The notes under the pieces: generated by a model
Database searches by the model: none
Told to the model about the DNA's origin: nothing
What the model saw: only the letters and a program-made list of their open reading frames with translations
Shown: positions 32,267-41,378 of the stretch, piece after piece
Layout: each line of letters starts with the position of its first letter
Numbering within the stretch: position 1 is the first letter of the stretch
DNA from: a virus
IMG/VR virus record: IMGVR_UViG_3300045988_011313
Location: 33,768 to 97,767 of that record
Direction: 5' to 3' (one strand)
DNA: 64,000 bases
Program-made: the position numbers and the translations under genes

Positions 32267-33315
32267 TGGAGAGAAAATCTTTAAGAAGTATATCTTGGGA
32301 TGTGTCTGAAGAAACATATAGGGCAGACCCAGCACTAAGTTATTCAACTCTTGCAAGATATGAGAGGGAAGGATTCAATAACTTGGATAAATTATTTAAC
32401 AGGTTAGAGACACCTTCTCTTACTTTTGGTAGTGCTGTGGACAGCATTATCACAGGTGGTCAAGAAGAGTTTGATGAAAGGTTTATGGTTGCTGAGTTTC
32501 CTTCCACTCCAGACTCTATTACAAAGATGGTAAAATCTTTGTTCAGTCAGTATAGAGATTCTTATAGGAGTCTTATTGCAATTCCTGATGATGCAATCAT
32601 TAAGGAGACTGAATATCAGAGTTATCAAATGAACTGGAAGCCTGAGACAAGGGCTAAGGTTATCAAGGAGAAAGGAGTTGACTACTATAACCTGTTATTT
32701 ATAGCAGGTAGTAGGACTATACTTGATACTCAGACCTACCAAGATGTGTGCAATGCAGTAAGGGCATTGAAAGAGAGTAAATCCACTCAGTTCTACTTTG
32801 CAGAGAATAGTCCATTTGAACCAGACATTGAAAGATTCTATCAGTTGAAGTTCAAAGGAGAGTTCAATGGTGTAAAGTATAGAAACATGGCTGACTTAAT
32901 TATAGTCAATCATAAGGAGAAGTGGGTAAAGCCAGTAGATTTGAAAACAAGTTCCCATACAGAGTGGGATTTCTATAAATCCTTTGTAGATTGGAGATAT
33001 GATATTCAAGCCAGGCTATATTGGGCTATTATAAGGCAGAATATGGATAAGGATGAGTATTTCAAAGACTTCAAGCTGCTTGACTATGATTTCATTGTAG
33101 TTAATAGGAGAATCCTTGTCCCATTAGTATGGACTTGTCCATTTACAAAGGCAGTAGGTACATTGAAGTTTGGAAAGAATGACCAAATAGAAATGAGGAG
33201 TCCTTTTGTGATAGGAGAAGAGCTTTCTTCTTATCTTACTTCCAGACCAAAGGTGCCTATGGGAATTAGTGAAACTGGTCCTAATGATTTAAGAGAATGG
33301 TTAAATACATTGTAA
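32266..33315 (+). CDS. RecB-family PD-(D/E)XK exonuclease
   Basis: MADLIIV...VDLKTS...YDIQARLYW gives the D...D-x-K...Q-x-x-x-Y motif set. Confidence 0.65.
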   Translation: MERKSLRSISWDVSEETYRADPALSYSTLARYEREGFNNLDKLFNRLETPSLTFGSAVDSIITGGQEEFDERFMVAEFPSTPDSITKMVKSLFSQYRDSYRSLIAIPDDAIIKETEYQSYQMNWKPETRAKVIKEKGVDYYNLLFIAGSRTILDTQTYQDVCNAVRALKESKSTQFYFAENSPFEPDIERFYQLKFKGEFNGVKYRNMADLIIVNHKEKWVKPVDLKTSSHTEWDFYKSFVDWRYDIQARLYWAIIRQNMDKDEYFKDFKLLDYDFIVVNRRILVPLVWTCPFTKAVGTLKFGKNDQIEMRSPFVIGEELSSYLTSRPKVPMGISETGPNDLREWLNTL

Positions 33316-33316
33316 T

Positions 33317-35476
33317 ATGCAAGTAGTAAAAAGAGATGGTAGTATAGAGGAATTTAATGTTGATAAGATTATAAGTGCTGTGGAGAAAGCCTTTAAGTCT
33401 TGCAACAAGGAAATGCCTCAGTATCTGTATGATATGCTTGGTGCTTTGTTTGGCACTTTGGAAGGAGATACTATAGGTATTGAGGAGATACAGAATAAGG
33501 TTGAGGATGTTCTTATGAATGACAAACACTTTGATGTGGCAAAGAGTTATATCATTTATAGAGAGCAACATAAGCAGGCAAGGTTCATTAGGGAAAGAAT
33601 TGATTATATGAATGAGTATAGTCAATCCAATGAGAATGCAGCTACTTCATCAGAGACAGATGCCAATGCAAATGTAACCATGAAGAATGTTGCTAACCTT
33701 GAGGGTGAAGTGTATAAGACTACTAATAGGGTTATTCAGAGGCAAAGGATGAAAGACAAGCTGAATGAAATGTACCCTGAAGTAGCCAAGAAGTATGAAG
33801 AGGATTTGAACTCTCATATCATTTATACACATGATGAAGCAACCACTCCTGTCTTGAAGCAGTATTGTATGGCTGTAAGTCTATATCCCCTTATGATGGA
33901 AGGAGTAGGTAATATTGATGGTATCACTCCAACACCTCCTAATGACTTGCAATCATTCAGTGGTCAAGTAACTAATCTTATCTTCTTGTTATCCTCCCAG
34001 TGTAAGGGTGCAGTGGCAGTAGGTGAATACTTTATTGCCCTTAACTATTACATTGTACAGGAGTTTGGACCTAATTGGTATGAAAAGTTAGATGTAATAA
34101 CTACTACAGACCATTGCAGTAAGCAGAGGACTATCAGAGATGCTATATATAAGGCATTCAAACAGTTTATCTATGGTGTAAATCAGCCTGCTGGTAATAG
34201 GAGCTACCAAAGCCCATTTACAAACATTTCATATTATGACCATACATATTTTGATTCACTGTTTGGGGAGTTCTATTATCCTGATGGTACTAAGCCTCAA
34301 TGGGAAGCAGTAGATTGTCTACAAAGGCTGTTTATGAAGTTCTTCAATAAGTTGAGAACCAAGCAGATTCTTACATTCCCTGTAGAGACAATGGCTATGG
34401 TGTATGACCCTAAGACCAATGATATTATAGATAAGAACTATAAGGACTTTACTGCTGAAATGTATGCAGAAGGTCATAGCTTCTTCACCTATATATCAGA
34501 TAGTGCTGATAGTCTTGCATCATGTTGTAGGTTGAGAAATGAGCTTGCAGAGAATACTTTCAATCCTACATCAGGTCTTACTGGTGTAATGACTGGTAGT
34601 TGTAATGTTATCACTCTTAATATCAATAGGATTGTACAAGATTGTAATAAGGCTTATGGATTGAAGAGGAATGGAGGATGGAAAGAAAATACTTCATTTC
34701 TTAGGGATTACTTGGTAGATATTCTCCAAAGAGTCTATAAGTATCATATTGCATTCAAGACTATGCTCTATGACCTTGAAGATAAGGGGATGTTTGCTGC
34801 TTCAAATGGTGGATATATTCACATAAGCAAGTTATACAGTACCATAGGTATCAATGGCTTGAATGAGGCTGCAAGATTCTTAGGTATGACTGTTGGTAAC
34901 AACAAGGAATATATTGAGTTCCTGCAACTGGTTCTTGGTACTATCAAAGAGCAGAACAAGATACATTCTATTCATAATGCCCATAGACCATTCTTATTCA
35001 ACTCTGAGGTAGTTCCTGCTGAAGGATTGGGAGGAAAGAATTATAGATGGGACTTACAAGATAATTACTGGGTTCCTGAAGATGAAAATCTTTATAACTC
35101 ATATTTCTTTGATGCTCATGATAATACTTCAGTATTAGATAAGATGATTTTGCATGGAAGGCAGACAGCACAATATTGTGATGGAGGCTCAGCTTGTCAT
35201 ATTAATCTTGAAGACCATCTGAGTAAGGAGCAATATCTCAAGCTAATAGACTTTGCTATAGCTAATGGAACCAACTACTTCACATTCAATATTCCTAATA
35301 GTAAGTGTGATGATTGTGGCTACATTACTAAGCATCCTATCACTGAATGTCCAAAGTGTCATAGTAAGAACATCACCCAATATACTAGAGTGATTGGCTA
35401 TCTTAGACCTATTAAGTCATTTGGTAAGGATAGACAAATAGAAGCAAGTAAAAGAATTTATAGTAAAAATATTTAA
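33317..35476 (+). CDS. nrdD: anaerobic (class III) ribonucleoside-triphosphate reductase
   Basis: N-terminal ATP cone VVKRDGSIEEFNVDKIISAVEKA. C-terminal Zn site CDDCG...CPKCH and glycyl-radical loop TRVIGYLRP. Confidence 0.9.
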   Translation: MQVVKRDGSIEEFNVDKIISAVEKAFKSCNKEMPQYLYDMLGALFGTLEGDTIGIEEIQNKVEDVLMNDKHFDVAKSYIIYREQHKQARFIRERIDYMNEYSQSNENAATSSETDANANVTMKNVANLEGEVYKTTNRVIQRQRMKDKLNEMYPEVAKKYEEDLNSHIIYTHDEATTPVLKQYCMAVSLYPLMMEGVGNIDGITPTPPNDLQSFSGQVTNLIFLLSSQCKGAVAVGEYFIALNYYIVQEFGPNWYEKLDVITTTDHCSKQRTIRDAIYKAFKQFIYGVNQPAGNRSYQSPFTNISYYDHTYFDSLFGEFYYPDGTKPQWEAVDCLQRLFMKFFNKLRTKQILTFPVETMAMVYDPKTNDIIDKNYKDFTAEMYAEGHSFFTYISDSADSLASCCRLRNELAENTFNPTSGLTGVMTGSCNVITLNINRIVQDCNKAYGLKRNGGWKENTSFLRDYLVDILQRVYKYHIAFKTMLYDLEDKGMFAASNGGYIHISKLYSTIGINGLNEAARFLGMTVGNNKEYIEFLQLVLGTIKEQNKIHSIHNAHRPFLFNSEVVPAEGLGGKNYRWDLQDNYWVPEDENLYNSYFFDAHDNTSVLDKMILHGRQTAQYCDGGSACHINLEDHLSKEQYLKLIDFAIANGTNYFTFNIPNSKCDDCGYITKHPITECPKCHSKNITQYTRVIGYLRPIKSFGKDRQIEASKRIYSKNI

Positions 35477-35480
35477 TAAT

Positions 35481-35741
35481 ATGGCAAAGAATGAAGTTTT
35501 AGCAGCGACTGCTGCACTAATGACAAGTGAAAATTACAAAGATAGGTTTAAGGCTGAATATATACAGCTTAAAAACAGGTATGAAGGGCTAAAAAGAATG
35601 ACTGATAATTGGGATAATGGTACCCTTAGTTTCACTCCTACCTGTCCAAGGACTACATATAATTTTCAGTTGAGTGCTATGAAGGATTACCTCAGTATTC
35701 TTGAAATAAGGGCTAAGATAGAAGGAATTAATTTAGAGTAG
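35481..35741 (+). CDS. hypothetical protein (86 aa) between nrdD and nrdG
   Basis: ORF track. Confidence 0.55.
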   Translation: MAKNEVLAATAALMTSENYKDRFKAEYIQLKNRYEGLKRMTDNWDNGTLSFTPTCPRTTYNFQLSAMKDYLSILEIRAKIEGINLE

Positions 35742-35743
35742 AT

Positions 35744-36232
35744 ATGCTAAAGTATGCAGATGCAAAAGTAGTCTTTGCTGAAGTGCCAGATGAAGTAACT
35801 CTTGCTATCAACATATCTAATTGTCCATGTCAATGTAAGGGCTGTCATAGCTCTTACTTGGCACAGGATATTGGGAAAAGACTTTCTTTTAGGTCTCTTC
35901 ATGAACTAATTATTGAAAAGAATAAGGGAATTAGTTGTGTGGCTTTCATGGGAGGAGATAGTGACCCAAGTAGGATTAATACTTTAGCCTCTTTCCTCAA
36001 GGCACATCATTATCCTGTGAAGATAGCTTGGTATAGTGGGAGACAAGAGTTAAGTAATCACATTGACTTGTATAACTTTGATTATATAAAACTTGGACCA
36101 TATAAGGAAGAGTTTGGTCCACTTAACAGTAGGACTACCAATCAGAGATTTTATAAGGTTAGTGGTGGAGAATTAGTAGATATAACAAGCAGATTTTATG
36201 ACAGAAATTTGGAAACCTGTAGTGGGATATGA
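35744..36232 (+). CDS. nrdG: anaerobic RNR activating enzyme (radical SAM)
   Basis: CPCQCKGC contains the CxxxCxxC cluster motif. The size and the position next to nrdD fit. Confidence 0.8.
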   Translation: MLKYADAKVVFAEVPDEVTLAINISNCPCQCKGCHSSYLAQDIGKRLSFRSLHELIIEKNKGISCVAFMGGDSDPSRINTLASFLKAHHYPVKIAWYSGRQELSNHIDLYNFDYIKLGPYKEEFGPLNSRTTNQRFYKVSGGELVDITSRFYDRNLETCSGI

Positions 36233-36413
36233 AAGTCAATATCAAGTATCAAGCCTTGGTAATGTAAAATCCCTTAATAAGGGAATATTAATGTCTCCCT
36301 CTACTACTCCTAATGGATACTCTATAATTGCCTGTAGAGGCTATTATACTAAGAATAGTAGGAAATATCCTGTAAAGTCAGCTTATGGGTATGTTTGGAG
36401 ATATGCAAATTGA
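36198..36413 (+). CDS. NUMOD4-motif fragment of a homing endonuclease (no catalytic domain)
   Basis: WKPVVGYESQYQVSSLGNVKSL is the NUMOD4 signature found at the N-terminus of HNH/GIY-YIG homing endonucleases. The ORF is only 71 aa. Confidence 0.6.
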   Translation: MTEIWKPVVGYESQYQVSSLGNVKSLNKGILMSPSTTPNGYSIIACRGYYTKNSRKYPVKSAYGYVWRYAN

Positions 36414-36439
36414 TAAAAAAAAATATAAATTTTGGAAAC

Positions 36440-36973
36440 ATGAAACTGAAAATTAAAGTAAAAGTATTGACTAAGGGCTGTATGCCTGTGATTAATGAGA
36501 ATGGTGATTGGATTGACCTTAGGGCAGCAGAGGACATAGTATTAAAAGCCCCTCAAGCAGGTGTATTAAAGAGAAAGATTATTGATGGTGTAGAAATATC
36601 TCATAGAGATGTGACATTTGATACTAAATTGTTTGGACTGGGTATTGCAATGGAACTTCCTAAAGGATTTGAAGCTCAAGTATTACCAAGAAGTAGTACT
36701 CCTAAATTAGGATTCTTTCAACCTAATTCAGAAGCTGTTATAGACAGTGTTTATAATGGAAATAATGATGAATGGAGGTATTGGGCTACTGCACTGAGAG
36801 ATACTACAATTCATAAAGGAGATAGAATCTGTCAATTTAGGATACAGCTTAGTCAGAAATCTACTATGTGGCAGAAGATTAAATGGCTGCTAAGTTCAGG
36901 TGTTGAACTTGTGGAAGTAGATGACTTGGGTAATGATAACAGAGGGGGGATTGGTACTTCTGGTATCAAGTAG
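36440..36973 (+). CDS. dut: dUTP diphosphatase
   Basis: DLRAAEDI, VLPRSS, IDSVYNGN, GDRICQFRI and NRGGIGTSG correspond to dUTPase motifs 1-5. The start is moved to the Met at 36440. Confidence 0.85.
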   Translation: MKLKIKVKVLTKGCMPVINENGDWIDLRAAEDIVLKAPQAGVLKRKIIDGVEISHRDVTFDTKLFGLGIAMELPKGFEAQVLPRSSTPKLGFFQPNSEAVIDSVYNGNNDEWRYWATALRDTTIHKGDRICQFRIQLSQKSTMWQKIKWLLSSGVELVEVDDLGNDNRGGIGTSGIK

Positions 36974-36996
36974 TAACTAAAAAGAAAGTGTGAAGC

Positions 36997-37494
36997 ATGG
37001 TATTAGAAATAATTGGTATTATGCTTGCAGTAATCATTTTATCTGTTATCATTAATGGTGTAGAAGATTATTGCAAGCAGAGTAAAAGGGTAAATATGTC
37101 TTTCAAAGAGGCTATGGATTTGGTAGAGTTGCCTGTGGTAACATTCCTTAATGGAGATAAGAAACTTAACTTCTTGTTGGACACTGGAAGTAACATCTCC
37201 CAAATCAACAGTTCTATTCTCCCTCTTATTGACCATAAGAAGATAGAAGAAAAAGACATGGATGTGACAGGAATTGAAGGTAATAAGGTAAATACTAAGT
37301 TCTGTGAAATGACAATCACTTACAAAGGGCAAGAATTTGTAGGTGATTTCTGCATTCATGATTTGGATGATGCCTTTGCTATTGTTAAGGAAGAGTCTGG
37401 TGTGCAGATTCATGGCATCCTTGGCAGTCTGTTCTTCCAAAAATATAAGTATGTCTTTGACTTTGCCTCCTTAATAGCATATAGTAAGAAATAA
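36997..37494 (+). CDS. retropepsin-like aspartic protease with an N-terminal TM helix
   Basis: FLLDTGSNISQI carries the D-T/S-G active-site motif. A later ILGSLFF resembles the flap/C-terminal motif. N-terminal helix IIGIMLAVIILSVIING. Confidence 0.6.
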   Translation: MVLEIIGIMLAVIILSVIINGVEDYCKQSKRVNMSFKEAMDLVELPVVTFLNGDKKLNFLLDTGSNISQINSSILPLIDHKKIEEKDMDVTGIEGNKVNTKFCEMTITYKGQEFVGDFCIHDLDDAFAIVKEESGVQIHGILGSLFFQKYKYVFDFASLIAYSKK

Positions 37495-37763
37495 TGGAAG
37501 ATATTATAAAACTTAGGTCCAGATATAGAGCTGAGAACTACCTCAAGAAAATGCCTAAACTTGATGGTGTTGATTCCAAAACTTATGTACTCAAGACTGA
37601 TGTACCTACACTGAGAGTAGGTGAGGTTCAGGGAGGAAATAAGTTTATTGACCCATCAGGAGGTCCAATAATTGTGGTAGGTCATAAGCTTGAAGAAGCC
37701 AAGGCAGTTGTCAAGTCTATAGACTTTGTTGAAGGTTATGGATGGACTATAACATTTGAATGA
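37494..37763 (+). CDS. hypothetical protein (89 aa)
   Basis: ORF track. Overlaps both neighbours by 1-4 nt. Confidence 0.55.
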   Translation: MEDIIKLRSRYRAENYLKKMPKLDGVDSKTYVLKTDVPTLRVGEVQGGNKFIDPSGGPIIVVGHKLEEAKAVVKSIDFVEGYGWTITFE

Positions 37764-40072
37764 TGATATATTTTGTTACTGGTCAGAGAGAACTATTTGA
37801 GTTTCCTAATGCTAAGTATAAGTGTATCTCTGTAGAAGAATCTCTTAAAATATTAGAGCCTCTTCGAGTAGTAGGCTTAGATACTGAAACTACAGGTACA
37901 GAGATATGGCAAGGTAAATTGCTTACTCTTCAGCTTGGTAATAAGGAAAATCAAATTGTAATAGATTGTATAACTGTTGATGTCAAGCAGTATAAGGATT
38001 ATCTTGAAAGTGGCAGGCTATTCATCATTCATAATGCAAAGTTTGATTTAAGATGGCTGTATAAGGAACATATTGTAGTCAGAAATGTTTATGATACTTA
38101 TTTAGCTGAAAAAATTCTATTTCTTGGATTTCCACCTGGCATTGTATCTTTGTCCTTGCAGGCTTGTTGTGATAGGTATTTACATATCTATCTTGACAAG
38201 ACTGTCAGAGGGCAGATACATGCAGGTATGACAGAAGAGGTTATAGTTTATGCAGCAAATGATGTTGTGCATCTTGAGGATATTATGAACTTGCAGCTTA
38301 TTACTATCAATGCAAGAGGTCAGAAAGTGGCACTTGATATTGAAAATGAGTTTGTAAGAGTCCTTGCATACATTGAATATTGTGGTATTAAACTTGACCC
38401 TGTTAAATGGAAAGCTAAGATGGCTAAAGATGCAGAGAGGTTAAAGATTGCTGAGCAAAAACTTAATGATTGGGTAATAGATTATGTAATGAAAAAGGGT
38501 GACCCCTCTCTTATTGCAAGAAACTATGACACTCACAAGAAAGGTAAGCCAGCCAAACTTGCAGATAATGTATATGTGGTAATACCACAACCATCATTAT
38601 TTGCTGAGTTTGACACTGGACCTCAGTGCATCATTAACTGGAATAGTTCTAAGCAGGTAATCAGATTGTTTGAGGAACTTGGGTTTGACCTATTGGTTAA
38701 AGACAAGAAAACAGGCAAGATGAAAAAGTCTGTAGAGTCTAAGTTTATAGAGTTGCAAGCAAGTAAGAGTAGTATTGTTCCTTTATACTTGGAGTATTCA
38801 GCAGCTTTCAAGGTAGTGACATCTTTTGGTCAGAACTTCCTTGATGCCATTAATCCTGTTACGCAAAGAATCCATCCAACATTCAATCAAATGATGGATA
38901 CAGGTAGGTTATCTTGTGGTTCAGGAGGAAAAGGTAAAGGAGGCAAGACTAAAGATTATGATGTTGCAGAGGAGGTAGATGAGAACAAAGATACTTCTAC
39001 ACATACAAATGATAAGAGTGTTAATGTTCAACAACTGCCAGCCACAGAAGAAACAAGGGCAGCATTTGTACCTGAAAAGGGTCATTTGCTGGTAGATTGT
39101 GATTATGGAGACCAAGAGGGTCATGTATTCACTGAACTATCCAATGATAGGGAATGGATTGCATTTTATAATGACCCTGACCAGAGAGATGGGCACTCCT
39201 TTGTAGCTAAGATGTGTTTCCCTAAAGACCTTGATGGGGTTGCAGAGAAGGATGTCAAGAAGGTAAGAAAAGACCTTAGGGACTTGGCTAAGAAGGCAAG
39301 GTTCTGTTTCAATTATAATGGTCAGGCTCCAACAATGGCAACTAATTGTAATATTCCTGTGGACTTTGCAACTGAGATTTATAACAACTATTTCAAGAGA
39401 TTTAATGGTATAGCAAGCTATTTCAAGGTACAAAAGAGAGATATGTGGAATAGAGGCTATATCCTAATCTCAAAGATAACTGGATTAAGAGCATATATCT
39501 ATGACTATCCTATACTGAAAGGTATTGAAATGAGAAAGAATGGTATGGAAGATTTCTGGGATATATACAAAGCTGCAAGAGATAGTGGTAGAGTAATATC
39601 TGAGATTCCACCACCTGTCATGCAAGAAATTGCAAAGAGGTTTGCTCAGGGTGCTCCTATTGAGGAAATAGCTGTTAGGTATTCATATAAGGTTAAGAAG
39701 GCAGGCAAGATAGAGGAAAGATTCATTGATATTAACAGAGAAACTGTATATGTGTCAGTGATGAAACACTTATGGAAGAGAAAGAGTGCTTCTGATAACC
39801 AGTCATGCAACTATCCCTCACAAGGTACTGCTGCTGCAATGACTAAGATAGCAGGTATTAGATACTTTAATCACTTGGTTAATGATGGGCTTATATTCAA
39901 AGTCCTCATCCCTAATGATGTGCATGATGAGTATCTGATAGAGCCACCTGAAGAAATTGCAGAGCAGGAAGCTAAGAAATTAAGTGAGTGTATGGAGTAT
40001 GCAGCTAATATCTTTTGTAAAAAAGTATCCATTAAGGCAGTTCCTGAAATTGCAGCCTGTTGGGTACATTAA
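37760..40072 (+). CDS. polA: family A DNA polymerase with 3'-5' exonuclease domain
   Basis: Exo I VGLDTETTG, Exo II IIHNAKFDLRWL, Exo III YAANDVVHL. Pol A DCDYGDQEGHVF, Pol B RDLAKKARFCFNYNG, Pol C DVHDEYLIE. Confidence 0.9.
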   Translation: MMIYFVTGQRELFEFPNAKYKCISVEESLKILEPLRVVGLDTETTGTEIWQGKLLTLQLGNKENQIVIDCITVDVKQYKDYLESGRLFIIHNAKFDLRWLYKEHIVVRNVYDTYLAEKILFLGFPPGIVSLSLQACCDRYLHIYLDKTVRGQIHAGMTEEVIVYAANDVVHLEDIMNLQLITINARGQKVALDIENEFVRVLAYIEYCGIKLDPVKWKAKMAKDAERLKIAEQKLNDWVIDYVMKKGDPSLIARNYDTHKKGKPAKLADNVYVVIPQPSLFAEFDTGPQCIINWNSSKQVIRLFEELGFDLLVKDKKTGKMKKSVESKFIELQASKSSIVPLYLEYSAAFKVVTSFGQNFLDAINPVTQRIHPTFNQMMDTGRLSCGSGGKGKGGKTKDYDVAEEVDENKDTSTHTNDKSVNVQQLPATEETRAAFVPEKGHLLVDCDYGDQEGHVFTELSNDREWIAFYNDPDQRDGHSFVAKMCFPKDLDGVAEKDVKKVRKDLRDLAKKARFCFNYNGQAPTMATNCNIPVDFATEIYNNYFKRFNGIASYFKVQKRDMWNRGYILISKITGLRAYIYDYPILKGIEMRKNGMEDFWDIYKAARDSGRVISEIPPPVMQEIAKRFAQGAPIEEIAVRYSYKVKKAGKIEERFIDINRETVYVSVMKHLWKRKSASDNQSCNYPSQGTAAAMTKIAGIRYFNHLVNDGLIFKVLIPNDVHDEYLIEPPEEIAEQEAKKLSECMEYAANIFCKKVSIKAVPEIAACWVH

Positions 40073-40083
40073 AAAAAAATAAT

Positions 40084-40333
40084 ATGGAACAGAGAGTTGA
40101 TAATGTTAATCACCCTCCACATTATACATAGCTTAAAGATAAATGTGGGATTGAGGTGATTGATATAGTAAGACACATGGATTTTTTGCTTAGGTAATGC
40201 CATTAAGTATATACTTAGGGCAGGGCATAAGCAGGATGCAAGCCTTACAGATAATCAGAAGGAAATTGAGGATTTGAAGAAGGCTATGTGGTACATCAAA
40301 GACAGGATAAAACAATTAGGTGGTGAAGTATGA
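40084..40333 (+). pseudogene. DUF3310-like gene interrupted by an in-frame TAG (40129-40131) and a frameshift in a T6 run (40183-40188)
   Basis: Frame 1 reads MEQRVDNVNHPPHYT*LKDKCGIEVIDIVRHMDF. After a 1-nt shift the sequence reads LGNAIKYILRAGHKQDASLTDNQKEIEDLKKAMWYIKDRIKQLGGEV*. Joined, these reproduce the family pattern (NHP.HY...G.E.ID......F..GNAIKYI.RAG.K...EDL.KA.WY). Confidence 0.6.
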
Positions 40334-40473
40334 CATTTATAATTCATTTCAAAGATGGACATAGAAAAACCTATAGTAATAGGTATGATGAGGATGATGA
40401 GCATGAGAGAGATGCAGCATGGGATGATGTCTATGCTGCATTTCCTAATGCTGATTATATTGAGCCTTTCTAA
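40330..40473 (+). CDS. hypothetical small acidic protein (47 aa)
   Basis: Hand translation gives MTFIIHFKDGHRKTYSNRYDEDDEHERDAAWDDVYAAFPNADYIEPF*. ATGA overlap with the stop of the DUF3310-like frame. Confidence 0.4.
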   Translation: MTFIIHFKDGHRKTYSNRYDEDDEHERDAAWDDVYAAFPNADYIEPF

Positions 40474-40496
40474 GTCCATCATAGGAGGGTAGAAAG

Positions 40497-40679
40497 ATGA
40501 GTGGAATTAAAGTTAGTGTTAAAACAAAGGCTAAAGAGACTCTGAAACTATCTAACCATCTAAGGTCATATCTTTTTGAACAGGAGTATGGTGAATTGAG
40601 TAACTGTACCCCTGCTCAAAAGAAGACTCTTAGAGATGCTTTGTTAGTTTTGAACTCTGTAGTCAGCAAGAGTAAATAA
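40497..40679 (+). CDS. hypothetical protein (60 aa)
   Basis: ORF track. Confidence 0.45.
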   Translation: MSGIKVSVKTKAKETLKLSNHLRSYLFEQEYGELSNCTPAQKKTLRDALLVLNSVVSKSK

Positions 40680-40680
40680 T

Positions 40681-40971
40681 ATGACAGAGAAGCAACTAAG
40701 ATGGCAGAAAAGAAATAGAATACTTTTTAGGTTAAAAGGTATGACTGGCTTTTCTCTTGAAGAAGAAGGAGTACTTACACCTCTTGAAAGAAATGAGCTG
40801 AGTACTGCCCTTAGCATCATTAGAAAAATAATCCGAGATTCAACAGAGTCAAGTATTGAATTAGGATTTAATGCCAAGAAAAGATGCTTTTGTGGGAAAC
40901 CTGTTGTGGAAGGTAGTGAGTATTGTGTAGAACATAAAAATTTAGTAAATGATAATAGCAGTGGATTTTGA
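40681..40971 (+). CDS. hypothetical protein (96 aa) with a C-terminal Cys/His cluster
   Basis: The C-terminal CFCGKPVVEGSEYCVEH may bind zinc. Confidence 0.5.
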   Translation: MTEKQLRWQKRNRILFRLKGMTGFSLEEEGVLTPLERNELSTALSIIRKIIRDSTESSIELGFNAKKRCFCGKPVVEGSEYCVEHKNLVNDNSSGF

Positions 40972-41377
40972 TGGAACTTGTGTTGCACATGAGTTTCCTA
41001 AAGTAGGCAAAGATATAGGAGCTGCTCCTATCTTGAAGAAGTTAGTAGAGAAAGGTCATAAGATTATTCTTTACACTATGAGAAGCCATCCTGATAAAAA
41101 TAATCAGGGTAAAACTCTTAGTGGAGAGATTGTATCTAATGATACTTTACAGGATGCTATTGACTGGTTCAAGAAGAATGGAATACCTTTATGGGGAATA
41201 AATGAAAACCCTAAACAAAAGGAATGGACATCATCTCCTAAGATATATGCTAATATCTATATAGATGATGCAGCCCTTGGAACACCATTAAAATATGATG
41301 AAGATGGTACAATATCTAGACCTTATGTAGATTGGGACAGAATGATAACTTTTTTAAAGATTAAAGGAGTTTTATAA
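40949..41377 (+). CDS. HAD-superfamily phosphatase
   Basis: The N-terminal IIAVDFDGTCV is HAD motif I (DxDxT). IILYTMRS resembles motif II and IYIDDAA resembles motif IV. Confidence 0.65.
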   Translation: MIIAVDFDGTCVAHEFPKVGKDIGAAPILKKLVEKGHKIILYTMRSHPDKNNQGKTLSGEIVSNDTLQDAIDWFKKNGIPLWGINENPKQKEWTSSPKIYANIYIDDAALGTPLKYDEDGTISRPYVDWDRMITFLKIKGVL

Positions 41378-41378
41378 T

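Noticed and set aside
36395-36439. Upstream start (MEICKLIKKNINFGN) for the dUTPase ORF.
   Set aside because: It lies in the poly-A spacer and overlaps the preceding ORF. The Met at 36440 directly precedes the conserved dUTPase core.
40129-40131. Genome-wide TAG stop-codon reassignment, as known in some crAss-like lineages.
   Set aside because: ORFs of 2449, 1351 and more than 2571 aa, and all replication genes, are intact under the standard code. No tRNA with a CTA, TTA or TCA anticodon was found in the arrays. Only the DUF3310-like gene is affected.
40255-40482. 75-aa minus-strand ORF.
   Set aside because: It lies opposite the DUF3310-like frame and the coupled 47-aa plus-strand ORF. Its sequence is a hydrophobic, low-complexity artefact.
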